NCBI GenBank assembly: GCA_050251735.1 | Contig: JBFWMF010000016.1 | Coordinates: 14,054-78,053 of the forward strand | Direction: 5' to 3' | Origin: Desulfitobacterium sp. | Lineage (GTDB): Bacteria; Bacillota; Desulfitobacteriia; Desulfitobacteriales; Desulfitobacteriaceae | Length of the DNA stretch: 64,000 bases | Shown here: positions 29,969 through 37,894 of the stretch, piece by piece | How positions within the stretch are numbered: the first letter of the stretch is position 1 | Layout of the letters: each line of letters opens with the position of its first letter | The notes under the pieces: generated by a model | The model's database searches: none | What the model saw: only the letters and a program-made list of their open reading frames with translations | What the model was told of the DNA's origin: nothing | Translations under genes and position numbers: made by a program

Positions 29969-31267
29969 GTGTTAAAACAAAGATCGGTAAACAAAATCAT
30001 CATGGTCCTAGCAATCTTACTGCTTTTCCTGGCAGGAATTTATCAACACTTTGCTAATCAGCAGGATGTTCTAGGTACTTTACAGCAAGGAGAATCTAAT
30101 ACAGTCAGATTCGAAAGCATTGAGGGAGATTATCCAAGTTATAAACTTTGGGATATCCAGGATGAATTTCTAGGATACGGTGTGATTGCTGATGCCTCCG
30201 GGTATGGAGGCAAGCTTACGATGCTAAGCATTGTCGATGAATTAGGAACGATAAAGAGCGTAGCCCTGATTGAAGACTATGAAACGCCCTTATATTTGAA
30301 TAAGGTAGTACAAGCAGGTTTATTTGAAGAACTTAAGGGGAGAAACCTTCAAGATACTTTTACTGACCTAGATGGCGTTACTGGGGCAACCGTTACCGTA
30401 GATGCAATCTTTGCTGCGGTTCAAAAGGGTACAATCCAGATTGGTAATGGTCAGCTGGGTATGAAACTTCCGTATAACACTACCTTAAATGTAATTTGGC
30501 AGGATGTAGTTGCTGTTGTTTTACTAGTTGCTGCAGTAGTTAGTTCATTTTTTAATATGAAGAGGCTGCGGCCGTGGCTGCTGGTTCTAGCGGTAATCTT
30601 TATTGGATTTATCATGAATTACTCGTTGACCTATAGTAACTTCGTGAGTATTTTAACGGGTAATCTGCCCGTATTTATTGAACGGCCTATCTGGTATGTT
30701 ATGGTCTTAGGCATTTTACTTATTACCTTGATTTTAGGAAGAAATGTATACTGTAATTGGTTCTGTCCTTTTGGAGCTGCTCAAGAGGGGATTTATAAGA
30801 GCTTAAATTTGTACTCTTTTTCGCCTTCGGGGGAACTGAGGAGAAAAGTAAGTAGAGCCCGCTGGCCCATGCTGTGGTTGGTCGCCATTATTGCTTTGGT
30901 TTTCAATAATCCTGGCATAGCCAGTTATGAACCTTTTGCGGTTTTTTTCGATGGAAGTGGGAATAGAGCTCAATGGATAATAATGCTTATTGTATTACTC
31001 CTGTCCATGGCTCAGCTGCGCTTTTGGTGTCATAATTTCTGTCCTGTGGGAGCAATTCTAAACTTTACTGCACGGATCAAAGGGAAATTCAAAAAGTTAA
31101 AGCAGGATAACCAAGCAGAAGATTATCCAGTTAATATAGACTGTGAGGTTTGTGCAGGTAAAAGTAAGGAGATGAATAGACAGGATAAGTTTTATATTAT
31201 CGTTGTTGCAGTGGTTAACATTCTTGTGATAGTATCCTTATTAGAGAGTATCGGTTTAATCGGGTAA
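29969..31267 (+). CDS. FMN-binding, CX3CP-motif polytopic membrane protein (NosR/NirI/NapH/RdhC-PceC-like)
   Basis: GTG start and an N-terminal TM helix. FMN_bind-like segment GYGGKLTML...LDGVTGATVTVDA. Then at least 5 TM helices carrying CNWFCPFGA and CHNFCPVGA. Confidence 0.75.
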   Translation: MLKQRSVNKIIMVLAILLLFLAGIYQHFANQQDVLGTLQQGESNTVRFESIEGDYPSYKLWDIQDEFLGYGVIADASGYGGKLTMLSIVDELGTIKSVALIEDYETPLYLNKVVQAGLFEELKGRNLQDTFTDLDGVTGATVTVDAIFAAVQKGTIQIGNGQLGMKLPYNTTLNVIWQDVVAVVLLVAAVVSSFFNMKRLRPWLLVLAVIFIGFIMNYSLTYSNFVSILTGNLPVFIERPIWYVMVLGILLITLILGRNVYCNWFCPFGAAQEGIYKSLNLYSFSPSGELRRKVSRARWPMLWLVAIIALVFNNPGIASYEPFAVFFDGSGNRAQWIIMLIVLLLSMAQLRFWCHNFCPVGAILNFTARIKGKFKKLKQDNQAEDYPVNIDCEVCAGKSKEMNRQDKFYIIVVAVVNILVIVSLLESIGLIG

Positions 31268-31286
31268 CCATAATTGAATGAAGGAA

Positions 31287-31355
31287 AACCCTTTCTATAG
31301 AATCATTGGTGAGATGGGTAGTGCATTTGTTGCTGAAAACTTAGGCGATTGCTGA
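31287..31355 (+). pseudogene. Orphan duplicate of the TorD-like gene 3' end
   Basis: 31291-31324 matches 29910-29943 (about 31 of 34 nt). It reads NPFYRIIGEMGSAFVAENLGDC-stop, against SAFYRIIGEIGSERYKGN-stop in the intact gene. Confidence 0.6.
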
Positions 31356-31381
31356 TTTAATTCAGAGAATAGGGGGATAAT

Positions 31382-32539
31382 ATGATATTCAATCAAGGTT
31401 ACTCAATCAAGATTGCTGAGAATAGGTGCCTGAACCAACGACACAGTGATGTGGAATGTAACCATTGTTCGAGGAATTGTCCTTCCAACGCGATTATTAA
31501 TCATAATAACGGAGTTCTGCTGGATGCAGAACGCTGTAGTGGTTGCGGGGTATGTTTAAGCGACTGCCCCACCCAAGTTTTTAGCTCTTCTAAATGGGAT
31601 GAAACCACCATAGTCCAAGATGTGTTGGAGGAAGGGTGGACAACAACTGAGTTTTTTTGCGGGATACATCCTTCACCTTTTAAAAAGGAAAAAAGCAAGA
31701 CTCGTGGGGCTGTCCAAATGCCAGCCTGCCTGAGTGCCATTTCCAAAGGAGCTTGGTACGAACTTGGGCTGAGTACAGAAGTCTATTTGCATGTGGAAGT
31801 ATGTGAAGATTGTCCCATGAAAAACGCCATGGAACGTCTGAAATATAATACTAGCGTAGCTTCTGAATGGTTGGAAGCTTCAGGACACCCGGCAGAAATC
31901 AGCACCATCTACGAAAGCCAAACCGGAAATACAAAAAGAAGTTTAAGGGCCCTCGAGTCTGGTTTAAAAGCAACGTCTAGACGGGACTTTTTCTTAGGTT
32001 TAGTCGGAAAGGGGAAACCGAAACTAGAAGGGACCCCCGATCGTAGCCAATCTTTTTCTCATGATCTTAACCTCCAACGTGTAGATAGCCTATTAGCAGA
32101 TTGGCAGAAGAGATTGTCGAAAGTCTATTCTGAAAATATGGTCGAAGGCTATGGACTCCCAGCCTATTGGCCAACGATAAAGAAGAGCAAGGACTGTGTC
32201 AACTGCGGTATGTGTGCTGCCGTTTGCCCATCGAAAACCTTGCAGATTGTCATCGATGGTGACAGTTGTACACACTATTTTACCAGTGGACTATGCATAG
32301 ACTGTCGTGTTTGCCAGCTGTTCTGCCCGAGAGAGGCCATCAGTAGAGATCGAGAAAAAGTTGAAAAGCCTTTTGAAGTAACACGTTTGTTCACGATTTC
32401 TGGTATAAATTGTGAACGTTGTGGTTTTAGCACATTCGCCAACTCAGATAACCTATGCTACTGGTGCAAAGAGGAAGTCAACATCGATAACGACTTCAAA
32501 GAGGCCTGCCGTAAGATATTTCTTAATACGAAGAATTGA
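31382..32539 (+). CDS. Cytoplasmic poly-ferredoxin-like 4Fe-4S protein with C-terminal Cys ribbon
   Basis: CNHCSRNCP, CSGCGVCLSDCP, CVNCGMCAAVCP, CIDCRVCQLFCP, plus CERCGF...LCYWCK. No signal peptide or TM helix. Confidence 0.8.
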   Translation: MIFNQGYSIKIAENRCLNQRHSDVECNHCSRNCPSNAIINHNNGVLLDAERCSGCGVCLSDCPTQVFSSSKWDETTIVQDVLEEGWTTTEFFCGIHPSPFKKEKSKTRGAVQMPACLSAISKGAWYELGLSTEVYLHVEVCEDCPMKNAMERLKYNTSVASEWLEASGHPAEISTIYESQTGNTKRSLRALESGLKATSRRDFFLGLVGKGKPKLEGTPDRSQSFSHDLNLQRVDSLLADWQKRLSKVYSENMVEGYGLPAYWPTIKKSKDCVNCGMCAAVCPSKTLQIVIDGDSCTHYFTSGLCIDCRVCQLFCPREAISRDREKVEKPFEVTRLFTISGINCERCGFSTFANSDNLCYWCKEEVNIDNDFKEACRKIFLNTKN

Positions 32540-32564
32540 GATGAAGTTTTCGTAAGTCGGAAAT

Positions 32565-32600
32565 CTCCGTAGCCAAATCATATAGGCTTGGAGGTTTTTT
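32565..32600 (+). terminator. Intrinsic terminator after the poly-ferredoxin gene
   Basis: CTCCgtaGCC-loop-GGCttGGAG followed by GTTTTTT. Confidence 0.55.
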
Positions 32601-32636
32601 AGCATATTAGAAAACATAGAGTCGGATTTTCTATGT

Positions 32637-32669
32637 CCGTAAGAAGCACTACAAAAATATCCGTAACAT
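32637..32669 (+). promoter_or_regulatory. Degenerate module box CCGTAAGA-N19-TAACAT (upstream of kinase 3)
   Basis: Same 21-nt spacing as the five strong copies. The box matches 6 of 8 positions and the -10 matches 5 of 6. Confidence 0.3.
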
Positions 32670-32754
32670 TAGGGGTTTTTCAACCTCTCCATCTCACAAG
32701 GTAATACGTTACAATAGATACAAGCGGTTATATTTCCAAAGGAGGATTTGGGGT

Positions 32755-33549
32755 TTGATAGAAAACCAACAATTATCCGAATTATTAATGATAATGACGG
32801 CTGAAGTAAAGAACCCGAATAAAGCTAAAAGAATAACTGAACTCGCCTTAGATGTCCAGGCAGAAATCAAACGATTGCAATTACGGGAAGTCACTTTAGA
32901 GAAAATCTGCAAACAAGCTATCGACGAACTTGAAAACAATAAGAAGCAGCTTTCCCGAGAATTGCATGATCAGCTGGGACAAGCCATGACCTCGATTCTG
33001 TTGCAATTAAAGTTGTTGCAGAGGGAGCAGGATGTTGAGGTGATCCATGACCGCGTTGGTGGTTTGCGCTACCTTACTCAGCAGACCATTGAAGATGTGC
33101 GAAATTTATCGATGAATCTGCGACCAGCTGTCCTGGAAAATCTGGGTTTGGTGGCGGCCTTGGATTGGTACATAGAGGATTATCAACGCTATTCGGAGAT
33201 TGAAGTGGATTTTTGTAGTCCCCAGCTTAAGATGAGATTCCCCAATGCGATAGAAATTGTTGTCTATAGAGCAGTACAAGAAAGCCTAACCAACGTGGCA
33301 CGTCATGCTGAGGCGTCACGAGTTTCCGTTACCTTACAGGTGACTGAGAACTGTCTCCAACTGCAAGTGGCGGATAATGGTAAAGGAATGAATTCTCAAG
33401 ATATCCATCGGGGCTTAGGTTTGTTAGGTATGGAGGAACGGGTAAAAATGGCTAAAGGGGAATTTTCCTTAGAAAGCCAACAAGGGCTAGGAACCACCGT
33501 TATGATTACCCTACCTCTGACTACAGGAGGAAGTGTCAATGAAGAATAA
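32755..33549 (+). CDS. Short HisKA_3 histidine kinase without a sensor domain, module 3
   Basis: TTG 32755 after GGAGGA. 264 aa: a coiled-coil-like leader followed directly by the H-box RELHDQLGQ, QESLTNVARH, DNGKGM and GLGLLGMEER. Confidence 0.85.
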   Translation: MIENQQLSELLMIMTAEVKNPNKAKRITELALDVQAEIKRLQLREVTLEKICKQAIDELENNKKQLSRELHDQLGQAMTSILLQLKLLQREQDVEVIHDRVGGLRYLTQQTIEDVRNLSMNLRPAVLENLGLVAALDWYIEDYQRYSEIEVDFCSPQLKMRFPNAIEIVVYRAVQESLTNVARHAEASRVSVTLQVTENCLQLQVADNGKGMNSQDIHRGLGLLGMEERVKMAKGEFSLESQQGLGTTVMITLPLTTGGSVNEE

Positions 33550-34186
33550 TATTCGCGCTTTTCTAGTCGATGACCATACCTTGTTACGAAACGCTTTATG
33601 TATGCTTTTAGAAGGACAAAGCAATATTGAGGTCGTAGGTGGAGCCGCCAATGGCGCAGAAGCAGTTCGGGGAGTAATCAAGGCGAAACCGGATGTAGTG
33701 CTTATGGACATCACTCTACCTGATTTTGACGGAGTTGAAGCAACAGAAAAGATTTTGGCTGTGCTGCCACAAACCAAAGTTATCGCAGTCACCATGCATG
33801 TGGAAGAAGTCTATCTGCTGCAATTCTTAAATTCCGGCGGTATGGGGTATGTACACAAATCTGCAGCAGACCGCGACTTAATAAAAGCTATTGAGAGAGT
33901 CATTGAAGGAGAAGTATTTTTAAGTCCTGCTGGAGTGCAAGTGATGGCTCGTCAATATCGATGTACAGAGAAAGCTGAGGAAATCGACCCTGAGGTTTTA
34001 TCAGAGAGAGAACGTCAGGTGTTGCAATTAACCGCCCGTGGCTTTACCTCGAAAGAAATCGGAGAAAAGCTATTTCTATCTCCGCGCACTATAGAGACCT
34101 ATCGGGAACGAATTACAGTAAAGCTAAAATTGGAACACCGGTCCGATTTGGTGGATTACGCAATCCGCTATAAGCTACTGGGATAG
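33539..34186 (+). CDS. NarL/LuxR-family response regulator, module 3
   Basis: ATG 33539, 8 nt after AGGAGG; overlaps the end of kinase 3. Has VDDH, VVLMDITLPDFDG, AVTMH, HKSA and a LuxR HTH. Confidence 0.9.
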   Translation: MKNNIRAFLVDDHTLLRNALCMLLEGQSNIEVVGGAANGAEAVRGVIKAKPDVVLMDITLPDFDGVEATEKILAVLPQTKVIAVTMHVEEVYLLQFLNSGGMGYVHKSAADRDLIKAIERVIEGEVFLSPAGVQVMARQYRCTEKAEEIDPEVLSERERQVLQLTARGFTSKEIGEKLFLSPRTIETYRERITVKLKLEHRSDLVDYAIRYKLLG

Positions 34187-34255
34187 TGGTAGTATTTACT
34201 GACAGCAAATGTCCTTATTCTTACTTTCTCAAACGAAAAATAACTAGGTTTGTTC

Positions 34256-34288
34256 CCTACAGATTTAAAAAGGTGAGTCAGTTAAAAT
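34256..34288 (+). promoter_or_regulatory. Module promoter box CCTACAGA-N19-TAAAAT (upstream of molybdoenzyme 3)
   Basis: CCTACA at 34256-34261, 21 nt, TAAAAT at 34283-34288. Confidence 0.5.
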
Positions 34289-34297
34289 AGAATCAAC

Positions 34298-34804
34298 TTG
34301 TGCGAACAAGTGCAAAAGGGGCTGTTTTGGTTGGAAAAATGGAGCAATATTAGCGAGAACGAGGTGAAATCGCACACGGTTGTAGTGGCAATTCCTCATC
34401 GTTGGCTAAGGCAGGTAGTTGAAAGGATTTTTGTTTCTGCTCAGGTAGACTGCGTCTGCGTAGAAAATATCGAAGAACTGTATCAATCAATGGATGGAAA
34501 TACAGCGCTGACAATTGTCGATGTCTTTTCTTATTCCCAATATTATCGTGATATTTTCACCCAGCTGAAGCAACGAAATTCTGGTGTGCCTATTGTTGCC
34601 TTGGTGTCCGCAAGTAACACGGAGTATCAACATGAGTTAACAACTGCGGGGGCTAGCGCGATAGTGATTAAGGAAAACGCCGATGAGGAATTAATACCTG
34701 CTCTGGTTCAGGTGCTACGAGATCGGGAGTTCAATGATGCTGTGGCTCGATTACTAGAAAACCAAAAACAGTTTATCACTCTATTCAAAGAGGAGGTACA
34801 TCTA
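34298..34804 (+). other. Receiver-like N-terminal extension, in frame with molybdoenzyme 3
   Basis: Start is TTG 34298 or TTG 34331. VVVAIPHRW, LTIVDVFSY, PIVALVSAS and SAIVIKEN give a full CheY-like beta/alpha pattern with Asp, Ser and Lys landmarks but no acidic pair. Confidence 0.55.
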
Positions 34805-37246
34805 ATGGGAAAAGAAGATGGAAACATTTTCGGAAAAAGGTTCGGGAGAAGAAGTTTTCTCAAAGGATCTGCTGCCGCGGCGGCTGTCGCTGGGGTAGCG
34901 GTGGCTAGCCCGGGGAATGTGGTTAAGAAGGCATTGGCTGTAGGGGAAGAGGCCGCTGTTGCTGCACCCGAGGATCAGATTTTTTCTGGGGCCTGCAGAA
35001 GTGGATGTAATGGAGGCTGTTTATTAAAGCTGCATGTCAGAGATGAAAAGCTGGTTAAAACGTCTTTTGGAGAACTGCCGGATGAAGAATATAATAAGCG
35101 GATTTGCCTAAAAGGGTTATCCCATGTACAAAGGGTCTATGATTCCAACCGTTTAAAATATCCTCTGAAAAGAGTGGGTACTCGTGGTTCCGGAGAATGG
35201 GAACAAATATCTTGGGATGAAGCGATCACGACAATTACCGATAAATGGCAGGAACTCTGGAAAGACTATGGACAAAGTTCAGTTGCCCTGGTCACTGCGT
35301 CCGGAAACTTGGGTGGTGTACATGGTGGTAATGCGCTGGGTTGGTTTAGAAAAGCATTAGGTATGACTAAGATAGATAATGCCACAGATGCTGCTATCAT
35401 AAGTTTTTCAGCGAAGGCCCTTGGCATTAGCGCCGCTTACAACTCTAATGAATTATTGGATATGCAAAATGCAAAATGCATTATTTCTTGGGGAAATAAT
35501 TTAACCGAATCCAATCTGCAAAGCTGGCGTTTCGTCGCTAATGCCAAGGAAAAAGGCGCCAAATTGATTGTAATTGATACTATCTATACAACCACTGCGA
35601 GCAAGGCGGATAAATTTGTATCCGTACGACCGGGGACGGATGCAGTACTGGCTATGTCTATGATGAATGTGGCAATTGCAGAAGATCTTATCGATAAAGA
35701 ATTTATTAAAAGTTCTACTGTCGGGCCTTTCTTAGTTAAGGAGAGCGATGGTAAGTTCTTACGTCTAAGTGATCTGGGCCAATTAGCAGAAGGGGACCCC
35801 GATGGTATCGTGGTCAGGGGACAGGATGGTAAGATAGGTCTGCCAACGGAAATTGCTGATCCTGTTATTAGTGGCACCACCACGGTTAACGGGCTCAAAG
35901 TTACGACGGCTTTTGATTTACTCAAGGGTAGAGTTGCTGATTATCCTCCGGAAAAAGCACAAGAAATTTGCGATGTGCCCGCTGACACGATTAGAGAATT
36001 ATTGCATATGTATGTTGAAAATTCTCCATCCACGATCTTTATGGGTTACGGTTTAGATCATTATGTCAACGGTCATTATAATGTTATGTCTGTTATGGCA
36101 CTTGCTATGATTACAGGTAATTTAGGTAAACGGGGCGCATCCTGCGGATGTCTGCTGCCCATTGATGCATTTTGGGCAAATAGCGGTGTCTATGGGATGT
36201 CTGAGGGAACACCTGGTCCAACAGTTTCAATCTTACATCTGGAAGACGTGTTGGATAATGGAAAATTCGGGGATATTCCTGTTACCTTGAAAAGCTTGTT
36301 CATCGCTTCCAGTAATCCTATTGGTAATGCAGCTAATTATAATAAGATTTTAGAAATGATCGATAGAATGGAACTGGTGGTTGTTTCGGATATTACCATG
36401 TCAGACTCAGCTCAGTATGCGGATATTGTACTGCCGGCGGCTCACTGGTTTGAAGCCAACGATATTTTTGGCGCTTATTCACCCAATCCCTATGTGTATC
36501 TGCAAGAAAAGGCTTTGGAGCCCCTTTATGAGTCTAAGCCTGACTTTGAAATATGCAAAATGATTACAGAGAAGCTTGGACTTGCCAAGGAATATAATAT
36601 TACTGATATGGAGTTTATTGAGAAATACTTGGATGGTCCCGGGGCCAAGGCTAAGGGCATTACCTTAGAAAGTATGAAAAAAAATAAAGCAGCCCGCGTG
36701 CTTCCCAAACCCTTTGTTCATGGGGAAGGTGGTGTATTCCCGACAGCCACCGGACGTGCTCAATTCTATTTGGAACAACCGGCGCCGGCATATAATTACG
36801 GACAAGATTGGGATGTAGAGAAGGAACGCCTGCCTGTGCTATTTGAACCACCGACTGAGGCATGGCATGAAAACCCACTCTTTAAAAAATATCCCTTTGT
36901 CTTGGTTCAAGAACATACCCGATGGCGTACTCATACCCAATGGGGTCATGCTCCATGGTTAAGAGAACTTGATCCTGAACCCATTGTAAAAATTAATCCT
37001 CTTGATGCAGAACCCCGTGGAATTAAAGATGGAGATATCGTTAGGGTATTAAATGATAGAGGTTATGTTGTACTAAAAGCTGTTATACAAAATGGTATAC
37101 GACCAGGAGTGCTTAATATTCCCAAAGGTTGGCAAAGAGGACAATTCATAGAGGGGCACTATCAAGAGTTAACAGCCAATAGAACCAATTTTGTATGCAA
37201 CAATACGCCTTTCTACGATATTTTGGTAGATGTACAGAAAAGATAA
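34298..37246 (+). CDS. DMSO-reductase-family molybdopterin oxidoreductase catalytic subunit (Tat substrate), module 3
   Basis: Internal start: AGGAGG at 34791-34796, 8 nt, ATG 34805, then GRRSFLKGSAAAAAV...ALA/VG. FS0 cysteines CRSGCNGGC...ICLKG. Confidence 0.9.
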   Translation: MCEQVQKGLFWLEKWSNISENEVKSHTVVVAIPHRWLRQVVERIFVSAQVDCVCVENIEELYQSMDGNTALTIVDVFSYSQYYRDIFTQLKQRNSGVPIVALVSASNTEYQHELTTAGASAIVIKENADEELIPALVQVLRDREFNDAVARLLENQKQFITLFKEEVHLMGKEDGNIFGKRFGRRSFLKGSAAAAAVAGVAVASPGNVVKKALAVGEEAAVAAPEDQIFSGACRSGCNGGCLLKLHVRDEKLVKTSFGELPDEEYNKRICLKGLSHVQRVYDSNRLKYPLKRVGTRGSGEWEQISWDEAITTITDKWQELWKDYGQSSVALVTASGNLGGVHGGNALGWFRKALGMTKIDNATDAAIISFSAKALGISAAYNSNELLDMQNAKCIISWGNNLTESNLQSWRFVANAKEKGAKLIVIDTIYTTTASKADKFVSVRPGTDAVLAMSMMNVAIAEDLIDKEFIKSSTVGPFLVKESDGKFLRLSDLGQLAEGDPDGIVVRGQDGKIGLPTEIADPVISGTTTVNGLKVTTAFDLLKGRVADYPPEKAQEICDVPADTIRELLHMYVENSPSTIFMGYGLDHYVNGHYNVMSVMALAMITGNLGKRGASCGCLLPIDAFWANSGVYGMSEGTPGPTVSILHLEDVLDNGKFGDIPVTLKSLFIASSNPIGNAANYNKILEMIDRMELVVVSDITMSDSAQYADIVLPAAHWFEANDIFGAYSPNPYVYLQEKALEPLYESKPDFEICKMITEKLGLAKEYNITDMEFIEKYLDGPGAKAKGITLESMKKNKAARVLPKPFVHGEGGVFPTATGRAQFYLEQPAPAYNYGQDWDVEKERLPVLFEPPTEAWHENPLFKKYPFVLVQEHTRWRTHTQWGHAPWLRELDPEPIVKINPLDAEPRGIKDGDIVRVLNDRGYVVLKAVIQNGIRPGVLNIPKGWQRGQFIEGHYQELTANRTNFVCNNTPFYDILVDVQKR

Positions 37247-37260
37247 AGGAGGAATGGTGA

Positions 37261-37878
37261 ATGCGTTATACCATGGCTATTGATTTATTTCGCTGTATTG
37301 GTTGCCATACCTGTTCAGTAGCGTGTAAGTCCTTTAACAATTTACCCAATAAAATGTGGTGGAACAGAATTTTAACAATTGGCGGCGATAGCATTGATAC
37401 TGCGGGGGGAACTTTCCCGAATAACCATATGCAGCATCTGCCGGTAAATTGCCAACATTGTGAGAATCCGCCTTGCGTCAAGGCTTGCCCTGTAGGAGCT
37501 ACTTATAAACGGGAAGAAGACGGTATTGTTATTCAGGATTATGATAAATGTATTGGTTGCCGCATGTGTATGGTGGCTTGCCCGTATAATGCTCGGAGCT
37601 TCAATTGGCAGAAACCTGAGTATTATGTAGATCATGCCGTAGGGGATGCAGATGCCCCTATCCATCAATACAATGTGGTAGAGAAGTGCACTTTTTGTGC
37701 GAATAGAACTGCCAAAGGTGAGTTGCCGGCTTGCATCGAGGTTTGTCCAGCAAAAGCACGCTTTTTTGGCGATATAGAGGACCCAAACAGTGATGTGAGT
37801 AAAATCATCAAAGGTCGCAATATTGTTAAATTACTCGAAGAAAAGGGTACCAAGCCCTCAATCTTCTATTTAACTTAA
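37261..37878 (+). CDS. 4x[4Fe-4S] electron-transfer subunit, module 3
   Basis: Same four Cys clusters as the other two copies. Confidence 0.92.
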   Translation: MRYTMAIDLFRCIGCHTCSVACKSFNNLPNKMWWNRILTIGGDSIDTAGGTFPNNHMQHLPVNCQHCENPPCVKACPVGATYKREEDGIVIQDYDKCIGCRMCMVACPYNARSFNWQKPEYYVDHAVGDADAPIHQYNVVEKCTFCANRTAKGELPACIEVCPAKARFFGDIEDPNSDVSKIIKGRNIVKLLEEKGTKPSIFYLT

Positions 37879-37894
37879 GAAAGGGGCGAATAAA

